This document shows, one piece after another, positions 28,415-36,840 of a stretch of DNA of 49,568 nucleotides. Position 1 is the stretch's first letter. Every line of letters begins with the position of its first letter. The notes under the pieces are model-generated. The model ran no database searches, had not been told where the DNA came from, and was given only the letters and a program-made list of their open reading frames with translations. The position numbers and the translations under genes are program-made. Source of the DNA: Actinomycetota bacterium (GTDB taxonomy: Bacteria; Actinomycetota; Actinomycetes; Mycobacteriales; Jatrophihabitantaceae); contig JBKPQM010000039.1 of assembly GCA_046734095.1 (NCBI GenBank), forward strand, positions 1 through 49,568, in the 5' to 3' direction.

Positions 28415-29184
28415 CGGGAAATCACGAGCGGCACCGCGACCAGCCCCATGCCGAGCGCGCCCCAGAGGCCGGCCGCCTCCAGATCCAGGAAGGCCAACAG
28501 CCCGACGACCGACGACGCATACGTCCACAGGAACAGCACGACCATCCAGCGGTCGTCGGGGCCGGCCGTCCCAACCACACGGCTGGTGCTCGCGGACCGC
28601 GCCTGGCCCAGAATCCCTTGTACAGCAAGGGAGATCACGATCGACACGAGCAGCCATCCGGCGAAATTCGTCAGCGGAACGCCAGGCACGCCGGGCAGGT
28701 GCGGGTCGGCGTTCGCCCACTGCCAATGCCCGGCGGCGACCATCTGCGGATCGAGGAACAGATCCCATGACGCCAGCGCCCATGCGCCGACAAAGACCCG
28801 GCCGGGAACGGAGATCGCCAGCCGGCGAGCGACGAGCGCGGCCGGCCACGCCAGCATCGTCCAGGCCAAGGCGGCGATAACCGGTACCCCAGCGGCGCGC
28901 ACACCGAGGGACGTCGAGTAGTGGTACTCGCCGAACGGGATCCCGGTGTGTACGCCGGCGATCTCGGCGCTCAAGCCGACTCCGGCCGCCGCCGCGCAAC
29001 ATGCAACCCCGCGCCAACCCCGGGTCAGGGCCGCGTGAGCTACCGACGCTATCGCCGCGACGACCACCGTGGAGATAGTCAGGCGATCGCGGGCCACGCC
29101 GTGCGTGAGTGGATAGCCGATCTGCAGCCCGGCAATAGCCACGACCAGTACCGCGATGGACGCCTCACCGACGCGGGGCGGCAT
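28411..29184 (-). CDS. Carotenoid biosynthesis membrane protein (Caroten_synth / CruF-like 1,2-hydratase family)
   Basis: Polytopic membrane protein with GIPFGEYHY and WDLFLDPQMVAAGHWQW, as in CruF-type proteins. The start is ambiguous (ATG 29184 or 29229); both overlap the end of the GNAT gene. Confidence 0.6.
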   Translation of the reverse strand: MPPRVGEASIAVLVVAIAGLQIGYPLTHGVARDRLTISTVVVAAIASVAHAALTRGWRGVACCAAAAGVGLSAEIAGVHTGIPFGEYHYSTSLGVRAAGVPVIAALAWTMLAWPAALVARRLAISVPGRVFVGAWALASWDLFLDPQMVAAGHWQWANADPHLPGVPGVPLTNFAGWLLVSIVISLAVQGILGQARSASTSRVVGTAGPDDRWMVVLFLWTYASSVVGLLAFLDLEAAGLWGALGMGLVAVPLVISR

Positions 29185-29737
29185 GGAGGGGGAGTCGGGC
29201 GCCGAGCACCGCGAACGGCCGAGCGTCACCGGGAAAGCGGTGATCGCGCACCAGGTCGACGAAGCCCAGCGAGCGATACAGGCGGAAGGCGCGGGTGTCG
29301 CTGTCCGGCGTGGACAGCAGGATGGCTTGGTGCGGAATCGCCCCGGCCAGCGACGTCAGCAGCCGGCGGCCGATGCCGCCGCCCTGGTACTGCGGCAGCA
29401 CGTGCATCTCCGAGAGCTCGAACGCGTCGCGCATCCACTCGACCGCGACCTGCGCGCTCACGGCCCGACGCACGAGGTCGTGCCACCACTGCCCGCCGCT
29501 GGACGTGTAGCCGTAGGCGAAGCCGACCAGGCGCCCGTCGCTGCGCAGGGCGGCCCGGCAGGCAAAGCCGGCGTAGCTGGTGTGACCCTGGGCGGTGACC
29601 GAGCGCTGAGCCCCCGCGTAGGTCGGGTAGTTCATGGCGACGACGTAGATCGCCATCGCTTCGTTCATGCGCTGGGCGAGCTGCGGGCCGGTCCAGGACT
29701 CGACCGTCACGCTGCCCGCGGCCGGCAGCGCGCTCAT
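29165..29737 (-). CDS. GNAT family N-acetyltransferase
   Basis: Acetyl-CoA motif is VLPQYQGGGIGRRLL. ATG 29737 overlaps the upstream stop (ATGA). A GNAT (Rv2170) sits at a similar position in M. tuberculosis. Confidence 0.8.
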   Translation of the reverse strand: MSALPAAGSVTVESWTGPQLAQRMNEAMAIYVVAMNYPTYAGAQRSVTAQGHTSYAGFACRAALRSDGRLVGFAYGYTSSGGQWWHDLVRRAVSAQVAVEWMRDAFELSEMHVLPQYQGGGIGRRLLTSLAGAIPHQAILLSTPDSDTRAFRLYRSLGFVDLVRDHRFPGDARPFAVLGARLPLHAAPRR

Positions 29738-30426
29738 GATGCCGCCGCCAAGGGGTCGTGTCCGTCGAGTCGGCCGGACGTGCTCAGCACCGCGAAGCGC
29801 GCGAACAACTCCTCGGCATACCACCGCTTCGCCGCCGTCTGACGAATGGCCTCGCGGTGCGCTGTGCCGTCGTAGGCGTACCCACGCAGCGTGGTGGCGT
29901 CCCGCCACAGGCTGAACGTGCCCTGCACCGCGAGCGGCGACTCGCCGACGCCAAACGCGGCGCACAGTCCCGGGCGACCCACGAGGTCGGCCGCGACGGG
30001 CGGCACGGCTCGCCAGAAAGCGGCTGTCTGTCGCGGTGCCAGTCGAGCCCGGGTCAGGGCAGCCACCGGGCCGTCCCAGCGGGTTGGTGAGTCGGCAAAC
30101 GGCGTGCGTCCCGACCACGTGCCCCGGCTGGCCAGCGGATGCAGGACGGCCTGCCACGACTCGCGCGAGGCCGCGCCCCAGCGGCGCGACACTCGTGTGC
30201 TCTCGAAGGCGCCGGCCGCTTCCCGTGACGCCCAGCTCACCAGTAGCGCCCATCGCGTCGGATCTGCGTCACCGAGCCGGAAGGCGCGGCTCGTGCCGAG
30301 GAGCTTCGCAAACCGTACCCCGGCCAGCGCATGTACGCGGCGCCGGTCGAGCGCCACCGTTGCGAGTGCCCATGGCACGCGGTGGGCGCCGACGCGCCAC
30401 ACGTGCATGGTCACCACGCCCGGCAT
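29734..30426 (-). CDS. Spheroidene monooxygenase (CrtA)-like protein
   Basis: From memory, MHVWRV...PWALATVAL...RFAKLLGT...WALLVSW and SRGTWSGRTPF resemble CrtA-family proteins, and the protein looks like a two-lobed duplication. This was not verified by a search. Confidence 0.45.
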   Translation of the reverse strand: MPGVVTMHVWRVGAHRVPWALATVALDRRRVHALAGVRFAKLLGTSRAFRLGDADPTRWALLVSWASREAAGAFESTRVSRRWGAASRESWQAVLHPLASRGTWSGRTPFADSPTRWDGPVAALTRARLAPRQTAAFWRAVPPVAADLVGRPGLCAAFGVGESPLAVQGTFSLWRDATTLRGYAYDGTAHREAIRQTAAKRWYAEELFARFAVLSTSGRLDGHDPLAAAS

Positions 30427-30435
30427 TTGCCCACC

Positions 30436-31701
30436 CTAAGACCTACTCGTAAGCACATGGCGTAGCGCACGCCCGCCCAGGCCGAGGCCGAGCACAGCCA
30501 GGGCCGCGACGATCGACACGAGTGGCAACGTGAACGCCAAGGTCACGCAGCCGACGACACCGAGAACGTTCAGCGCGCGCGGCCATCGTCGTTGGGCCCG
30601 CGGCTGGGTGAACGCGGACGCGTTGGCGATGCCGTAATACGTGAGCACGCCGAACGATGAGAATCCGATGACCCCGCGCAGATCGGTCGTCGCGACGAGC
30701 ACGCTCACCAGAACGCCCAACGCGAGCTCGGCGTGGTGCGGCACCCGGTAGCGCGGATGCACGGCCGCCAGCCAGCGTGGTAGGTCACCACGCCGGGCCA
30801 TCGCCAGGCTGGTGCGTCCGACCCCGGCGATCAACGCGAGCAACGCGCCCAGGCTGGCCAGCACCGCACCGACTCGGACCACTGGGACGGCATAGGCCGA
30901 GCCGGCTGCCCGCACGGCGGTCACGAGCGGCGCCGTTGCGTGCGCGAGCGCGGACGGCCCGGCGGCGAGCAGCGCCGCGACGCCGACCACGGCGTAGATC
31001 GCAACGGTCACCCCGAGCGCGATGGTGATCGCACGCGGGATCGTGCGCGCAGGATCGACGACCTCCTCGCCCATCGTGGCGATGCGGGCGTAGCCGGCGA
31101 AGGCGAAGAACAGCAGGCCGGCGGACTGCAGCACGCCGTGCGCTCCGCCGATCGGCGCGACGAGATGAGATCCGGACGCGTGGCCACCGATTGCGATCGC
31201 CACGACCACGACGGTGATCGCGATTAGCGTTCCGGCGACGAGCACCCGGGTCGTGACGGCCGTGCGAGTCACGCCCCGGTAGTTGATGGCTACGAGCGCC
31301 AGCACCGCGACGACGCCGACCAGACGCTGCGCCCACGTCGGCCCCGGCACGGCGTAGGCAGCGAACGTCAACGCCATCGCCGCGCAGGATGCGGTCTTGC
31401 CCACGACAAACGCCCAGCCCGCCGCGAATCCCCAGCCCGGGCCGAGCCGCTCACGCCCGTACACGTACGTGCCGCCGGACGTTGGATACACGGCGGCCAG
31501 CTGGGCGGACGCAGTCGCGTTGCAGTAGGCGACGACGGCGGCGATGCCGAGGCCGATCAGCAGCCCGGTGCCGGCGGCGCGGGCGGCGGGCGCGAACGCC
31601 GCGAACACGCCCGCGCCGATCATCGAGCCGAGCCCGATGACGACGGCGTCGAACGTCCCTAGCCGGCGCGCGAGCTCAGGCGATGTCGGCGGGGAGGCCA
31701 C
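30436..31701 (-). CDS. APC family amino acid permease
   Basis: About 12 hydrophobic segments. The N-terminal FDAVVIGLGSMIGAGVF is typical of APC transporters. Confidence 0.85.
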   Translation of the reverse strand: MASPPTSPELARRLGTFDAVVIGLGSMIGAGVFAAFAPAARAAGTGLLIGLGIAAVVAYCNATASAQLAAVYPTSGGTYVYGRERLGPGWGFAAGWAFVVGKTASCAAMALTFAAYAVPGPTWAQRLVGVVAVLALVAINYRGVTRTAVTTRVLVAGTLIAITVVVVAIAIGGHASGSHLVAPIGGAHGVLQSAGLLFFAFAGYARIATMGEEVVDPARTIPRAITIALGVTVAIYAVVGVAALLAAGPSALAHATAPLVTAVRAAGSAYAVPVVRVGAVLASLGALLALIAGVGRTSLAMARRGDLPRWLAAVHPRYRVPHHAELALGVLVSVLVATTDLRGVIGFSSFGVLTYYGIANASAFTQPRAQRRWPRALNVLGVVGCVTLAFTLPLVSIVAALAVLGLGLGGRALRHVLTSRS

Positions 31702-32152
31702 GGGTGAGTGCCATCAGTTCGTCGAAGCTTGTGCGAAACACCGCGTGGGGGATGCCCCCGGCCGCCCACACCTGCGGATAGGCCCGCAACGCCAGGTCGA
31801 CAACCGTGCGCAACGGGGCCGGATGCGCGACCGGAGCGACGCCTCCGATCGGCTGGCCGGTGGCCACGCGCACCAAGTCGGCGTCCGCGCGGCGGACTCG
31901 GCTCGTGCTCAGTAGCGCCGCGACCTTTGCCGGGTCGACCCGATGTGCACCGCTCGTCAGAACGAGCACTGCCTCATCGTCGGCCGTCGCGAAGATCAGC
32001 GAGTTGGCGATCGCCCCGACGTCGACGCCAAGCTGATCCGCAGCGGCCACGGCCGTCGGCGCGGCATGCGGCAACAGCTGCACTCGCCCGGCGGCGCCGG
32101 CTGCGGCGAGCACGGCGTCAACCGCTACGCAGTTGGGGTGCATCCCGCTCAC
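31676..32152 (-). CDS. YbaK/EbsC-type aminoacyl-tRNA editing domain protein
   Basis: GAIANSLIFATADDEAVLVLTSGAHRVD...GQPIGGVAPVAHP matches the YbaK/ProX deacylase fold signature. Confidence 0.7.
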   Translation of the reverse strand: MSGMHPNCVAVDAVLAAAGAAGRVQLLPHAAPTAVAAADQLGVDVGAIANSLIFATADDEAVLVLTSGAHRVDPAKVAALLSTSRVRRADADLVRVATGQPIGGVAPVAHPAPLRTVVDLALRAYPQVWAAGGIPHAVFRTSFDELMALTRGLPADIA

Positions 32153-32214
32153 CGGACAGACGCTATCGGCTCGCGTCCATCAGCTGTGTCCGAGTTACGC
32201 GGCGATGCCGACCG

Positions 32215-32898
32215 CTACGTGTGCACGCCGCATTCGATCTTGCTGGTGCCCGCCCACCGGCCGGCCCGCGCGTCCTCGCCCTCGAGGATGCGCCGGGTGC
32301 ACGGCGCGCACCCGACCGAGCCGTAGCCGTCGTACAACAGCGGGTTGACGAGGACAGCGTTCGCCGCCACGTAGGCGTCGACGTCGTCCTGAGTCCACGC
32401 GGCGATCGGGTTGAGCTTGACCATGCCGCGCTTGGCGTCCCACTCGACAACGCGCACCGCGCGCCGGGTGATCGCCTCGTCGCGTCGTAGCCCGGACGCC
32501 CAGGCCCGGTACGGCGTGAGCGCCGACTCGAGAGGCGCGACCTTGCGCAGCGCGCAGCACTTGTCGGGGTCCCGCTCGAACAGCCGCGGGCCGTAATGGG
32601 CATCCTGATCGGCCACCGTTTGCGCCGGCGTGATCGTGCGCACCGTCACCGGCATGGTGGCCGCTACTGCGTCGCGGGTGCCGATCGTCTCGGCAAAGTG
32701 GTAGCCCGTGTCGAGGAAGATCACGTCCACGCCGGGCAACGCGCGCGAGGCCAGATGGGGGAGCACCGCGTCGGCCATTGACGAGGCGACGCACCATGAC
32801 GAGCCGAACTGCTCGACCGCCCAGCGCAGGATGTCCAGCGGCTCGGCGCCATCCAGATCGTCACCGGCCTTGACGGCGAGCGCTTCGAGATTCGTCAT
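32215..32898 (-). CDS. cysH: Adenosine 5'-phosphosulfate (APS)/PAPS reductase, Fe-S cluster-bearing type
   Basis: Motifs are FLDTGYHFAET, the CC pair (DKCCALRKV), CAPC, and C-terminal SKIECGVH (the ECGLH motif). ATG 32898 overlaps the stop of the small upstream ORF. Confidence 0.9.
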   Translation of the reverse strand: MTNLEALAVKAGDDLDGAEPLDILRWAVEQFGSSWCVASSMADAVLPHLASRALPGVDVIFLDTGYHFAETIGTRDAVAATMPVTVRTITPAQTVADQDAHYGPRLFERDPDKCCALRKVAPLESALTPYRAWASGLRRDEAITRRAVRVVEWDAKRGMVKLNPIAAWTQDDVDAYVAANAVLVNPLLYDGYGSVGCAPCTRRILEGEDARAGRWAGTSKIECGVHT

Positions 32899-33065
32899 GA
32901 CCGCTCCTTCGCCTCGGCGGTCCACGTCGGGGATGTGCCGACGAACGACAACCGAAACACGCGCTGGCAGGCTCCGCACCGCCACTCGCCGTGCTTCTCG
33001 CCGAATGGGCGCAGGTCCTCGTCGCCGCAGTACGGGCAGTAGAACGGCGCGGCCCGCTCACTCAT
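32895..33065 (-). CDS. Small zinc-ribbon protein (CysX-like), 56 aa, not in the supplied ORF track
   Basis: Hand translation gives MSERAAPFYCPYCGDEDLRPFGEKHGEWRCGACQRVFRLSFVGTSPTWTAEAKERS. It has CxxC...CxxC and strong GC3 bias. ATG lies 9 nt after the sirA stop, and its own stop overlaps the cysH ATG (ATGA at 32895-32898). Confidence 0.65.
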   Translation of the reverse strand: MSERAAPFYCPYCGDEDLRPFGEKHGEWRCGACQRVFRLSFVGTSPTWTAEAKERS

Positions 33066-33074
33066 GACCGGTGC

Positions 33075-34715
33075 TCACGTCAACCAGGCCTCGTCGGCGC
33101 GGGCCACATAGGCCGCGAACGACTCGGCCGGCTCTCGCCGATCGAGGTAACCCAGCAGGATCCGCTCGACGTAGTCGGGCACCTCCGCGGCGCTGATCTT
33201 GAGGCCGCGGAACTTGCGCCCGAACGCCGCCTGCGCGCCCATCTGCCCGCCGAGGTGCACCTGGAAGGCCTCCTCGTCGGTGCCGCCCGCACCGCGGGTG
33301 ACGATGCCCTTGAACCCGATGTCGGCCACTTGGAACCGGGCGCACGAGTTTGGGCAGACGTTGACGTTGATCGTGATCGGCGTGTCGAACTCCGGCAGCC
33401 GGCGTTCGAGTTCTTCGCGGATGGTCTCGGCGCGTGCCTTCGTCTCGACGATCGCCAGCTTGCAGAACTCGATGCCGGTGCACGCGATCGTGCCGCGGTG
33501 GAACGCCGATGGACGCGCAGACAGGCCCAGCCGGTCGAGCTCGTCGACCACGGCGTCGGGATCGGCAACGCCCAGAATCACCAGGCCCTGCTGGGGCGTC
33601 GTGCGAATCCGGCCGTCGCCGAGCCGATCAGCGAGATCGGCCACCGCACTCAACCCGGCGCCGGACGTGCGCCCGGCCTTGGTCGTGGCCCCGACCGCGA
33701 ACCGCCCATCCCGCTGCCGCTCGATGCCAACGTGGTCGCGGTGGGGCGGCGACGGCTCGGGCTCCGGGCCGTCCGGCAGCGCCCGCCCCAGATACTCCTT
33801 TTCGAGCACTTCCCGGAATTTCTCCGGACCCCAGTCGGCCATCAGGAACTTCAGCCGAGCGTGATTGCGCGAGCGGCGGTAGCCGTAGTCGCGGAACAAC
33901 GACGTGACGCCGGCCCACACCTCGCGCACCTCGTCCGGCTCGACGAAGACGCCCACTCGCTGCGCGAACATCGGGTTGGTCGATAGTCCGCCGCCGACCC
34001 ACAGGTCGAACCCCGGCGTGCCGTTCGGTCCGACCACCCCGACGAACGACACGTCGTTGATTTCGTGGTTGGTGCAGTGCCGCGAGCAGCCGGTGATCGA
34101 CGTCTTGTACTTGCGCGGCAGGTTCGAGAACTCCGGATCACCGAGATAGGCGGCAACGGTCTCCCTCAGCGCCGGCTCGGCATCGAGCACCGAATCAGCG
34201 GCCACCCCCTCGAGCGGGCAGCCGAGCATGACGCGCGGGGTGTCGCCACACGCCTCGGTGGTGGAAAGGCCGACGGCTTCGAGCTGCTCCCAGATCCTCG
34301 GCACGTCCTCGATCCGGATCCAGTGCAGCTGGACGTTCTGCCGATCGGTGATGTCGGCGATGTCGCGCCCGTACGTGGTCGCGATCTCGCCGACGACGCG
34401 CAGCTGCTCGCTCGTCAGCGCCCCGCCGTCGATGCGGATGCGCATCATGAAGAACTCGTCCTCGAGGTCCTCAGGCTCGAGCATGCCGGTGCGCCGGCCC
34501 GGGATGCCAGCCCGCCGCTGGGTGTACAGCCCGTACCAGCGGAACCGTCCGCGCAGGTCGGCCGGATCGATGCCGGCGAAGCCCGTGTGCTGGTAGACGT
34601 CGATGATGCGCTGGCGAACGTTCAGCCCGTCGTTGTCGCGCTTGCTGCGCTCGTTCGGGTTCAGCGGCTCCCGGTAGCCGAGCGCCCATTGGCCCAGGCC
34701 TTTACCCGCGGGCAT
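33075..34715 (-). CDS. sirA: Ferredoxin-dependent sulfite reductase (siroheme/4Fe-4S)
   Basis: The siroheme-FeS cysteine motifs are GTIACTGIEFCKLA and NVCPNSCARFQVADIG. The protein has two nitrite/sulfite reductase repeats. Confidence 0.9.
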   Translation of the reverse strand: MPAGKGLGQWALGYREPLNPNERSKRDNDGLNVRQRIIDVYQHTGFAGIDPADLRGRFRWYGLYTQRRAGIPGRRTGMLEPEDLEDEFFMMRIRIDGGALTSEQLRVVGEIATTYGRDIADITDRQNVQLHWIRIEDVPRIWEQLEAVGLSTTEACGDTPRVMLGCPLEGVAADSVLDAEPALRETVAAYLGDPEFSNLPRKYKTSITGCSRHCTNHEINDVSFVGVVGPNGTPGFDLWVGGGLSTNPMFAQRVGVFVEPDEVREVWAGVTSLFRDYGYRRSRNHARLKFLMADWGPEKFREVLEKEYLGRALPDGPEPEPSPPHRDHVGIERQRDGRFAVGATTKAGRTSGAGLSAVADLADRLGDGRIRTTPQQGLVILGVADPDAVVDELDRLGLSARPSAFHRGTIACTGIEFCKLAIVETKARAETIREELERRLPEFDTPITINVNVCPNSCARFQVADIGFKGIVTRGAGGTDEEAFQVHLGGQMGAQAAFGRKFRGLKISAAEVPDYVERILLGYLDRREPAESFAAYVARADEAWLT

Positions 34716-35212
34716 GTGCGAGCTCCTCTCGATGCGAGTCTCAGGCGACGACCCGCGCGGAGGTCCCGGCGCAGGTCAACGCGACAGACGACACGCCGCG
34801 GCGATCACTCGCAGCAGATCGACGTGCCGCCGCGCCGTCAGACGCAACGGGAGAGCTCGGTGCACCCGTCAAGGGTGGCACACGTGCGGGCGAGTCGCGA
34901 CTGTGTAGGCGCTCACCATGACTACGGGTCGAGTTGACAAACGAGGACGCTTCGCGAGCCACGCCACAACCGGCTGGCTAACGGCCGCCTTCCTGTGCGA
35001 GCATGACTACGTGTCCGCCGTCTTGCTCGTCGCGCGTTTGCACGTCGATCTGCAGCGCGTCGTCAGCGCGGCGTGTCGTCTTTCGTGAACGACCGGCTCC
35101 CTGAGTAGTCATCGCCGCCCATTCCGGGCCGGGTGACGAGCCGTGAGAACCGTATCCGGCTGAGCCGACTGGTGCGTTCGCGCACCTCCTGACCCAGTTC
35201 GCGAAGGACCTG

Positions 35213-35767
35213 ATGGCAACCGACATCGAGCTGGCCACCGGCGCCACCGTGTGGCTGACCGGCCTGCCGAGTGCAGGCAAGACCACGCTCGCAACGGCGC
35301 TGGCCGAACGACTGCACGCCGAGGGACGGCCGGTCGAGGTGCTCGATGGGGATGCCATCCGCAGCGTGCTGTCGCCCGAGCTCGGGTACTCGAGGGCCGA
35401 CCGTGATACGAACGTAGCCCGTATCGGCTGGGTCGCGCAGCGGCTGGCGAAGCACGGCATCGTTGCGATCGCTGCCGTGGTGTCGCCGTTCGCGGCCGCT
35501 CGCGAAGCAGTCCGCGCCGAGCATGAGTCGCGCGACCTTCCGTTCTTCGAAGTCCACGTCGCGACCCCGGTGCAGGTATGCGCCGCGCGCGATGTGAAAG
35601 GTCTCTATGCCCGTCAGCGCAAGGGCGCTCTGGCCGGCCTCACCGGTATCGACAGCGAGTACGAGCCGCCGTCCACCCCGGAACTTCGACTCGACACGAG
35701 TGGCCACTCGGTCGACGACATCGTCGAAGAGCTGATTGCCCTGCTGCGCAAGGAGAATCTGGCATGA
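35213..35767 (+). CDS. cysC: Adenylylsulfate kinase
   Basis: P-loop is VWLTGLPSAGKTTLA, with LDGDAIR and KGLYARQRKG also present. Confidence 0.9.
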   Translation: MATDIELATGATVWLTGLPSAGKTTLATALAERLHAEGRPVEVLDGDAIRSVLSPELGYSRADRDTNVARIGWVAQRLAKHGIVAIAAVVSPFAAAREAVRAEHESRDLPFFEVHVATPVQVCAARDVKGLYARQRKGALAGLTGIDSEYEPPSTPELRLDTSGHSVDDIVEELIALLRKENLA

Positions 35768-35831
35768 CTGTATTACGCGCGGGCCGCCTCGATCCGCTCC
35801 GGCCGAGTGCCGCTCACGCAGGGGTGCACTC

Positions 35832-36752
35832 ATGACCGCCGTCGCGAGTCGACCGGTCGCGAGCCGCTCCTGGCTAAGCGATCTGGAGGACGAGGCCATC
35901 CACATCGTGCGCGAAGTCGCCGGCCAGTTCGATCGCCCGGTCTTGCTGTTCTCCGGCGGCAAGGACTCGATCGTGATGCTTCACCTGGCCACCAAAGCGT
36001 TCTGGCCGGGACGGGTGCCTTTCCCGGTGATGCACGTCGACACCGGGCACAACTTCGACGAGGTGATCGAGTTCCGCGACCGCCATGTGGCCCAACTCGG
36101 CGTTCGCCTCGTGGTGGCGCGTGTGCAGGACTCCATCGATCGCGGACGCGTCCGCGAGACGCCCGGCCAGTCGCGCAACCCGCTGCAGACCGTGACTCTG
36201 CTCGACGCCATCACCGAACACCGCTTCGACGCGGTGCTCGGAGGAGCGCGTCGTGACGAAGAGAAGGCGCGCGCCAAGGAGCGCGTGTTCAGCGTCCGTG
36301 ACGACTTCGGGCAGTGGGATCCCCGTAACCAACGCCCCGAGCTGTGGGACCTCTACAACGGCCGCCACCGTACCGGTGAGCACGTGCGCGTTTTCCCGTT
36401 GTCCAACTGGACCGAACTCGATGTCTGGTCCTACATCGAGCGTGAGGGCATCGAGGTACCGAGCATCTACTACGCCCACCACCGGCCGGTGTTCCAGCGC
36501 GACGGCATGCTGCTCGCCGTCACCCCGTGGACCCAGCCGAGCGCGGGCGAAGCCGTCACGACCGAATCGGTTCGCTACCGCACGGTCGGAGACGCGACGT
36601 GCACCGGTGCGATCCGCTCCATTGCCTCCACCGTGGCCGACGTCGTTGTCGAGACGGCGGCCGCCACGATCTCGGAGCGCGGCGCCACCCGCGCCGACGA
36701 CCGGACCAGCGAGGCGGCGATGGAAGACCGCAAACGCAAAGGCTACTTCTAG
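35832..36752 (+). CDS. cysD: Sulfate adenylyltransferase subunit 2
   Basis: LEDEAIHIVREVAGQFDRPVLLFSGGKDSIVMLHLATKAF aligns with the E. coli CysD N-terminus. ATG 35832. Confidence 0.9.
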   Translation: MTAVASRPVASRSWLSDLEDEAIHIVREVAGQFDRPVLLFSGGKDSIVMLHLATKAFWPGRVPFPVMHVDTGHNFDEVIEFRDRHVAQLGVRLVVARVQDSIDRGRVRETPGQSRNPLQTVTLLDAITEHRFDAVLGGARRDEEKARAKERVFSVRDDFGQWDPRNQRPELWDLYNGRHRTGEHVRVFPLSNWTELDVWSYIEREGIEVPSIYYAHHRPVFQRDGMLLAVTPWTQPSAGEAVTTESVRYRTVGDATCTGAIRSIASTVADVVVETAAATISERGATRADDRTSEAAMEDRKRKGYF

Positions 36753-36796
36753 CAATGCGCCCTGCTGCCCACCCGCCCAACAACGTAACCACGAAC

Positions 36797-36819
36797 GCGA
36801 TGAGCGCTCGCGCAAAGAG
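36797..36819 (-). repeat. Core of the dispersed repeat (1 mismatch) inside the cysD-cysN spacer
   Basis: GCGATGAGCGCTCGCGCAAAGAG is the reverse complement of the 23-nt core with one substitution. Confidence 0.7.
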
Positions 36820-36840
36820 CCGCCCAGGCGGGGTGAGTTG

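Noticed and set aside
34934-34962. TTGACA hexamer in the sirA-cysC region, considered as a promoter -35 box.
   Set aside because: No acceptable -10 (TANNNT) lies at 16-18 nt spacing on the + strand (AGCCAC follows). A single hexamer match is weak evidence.
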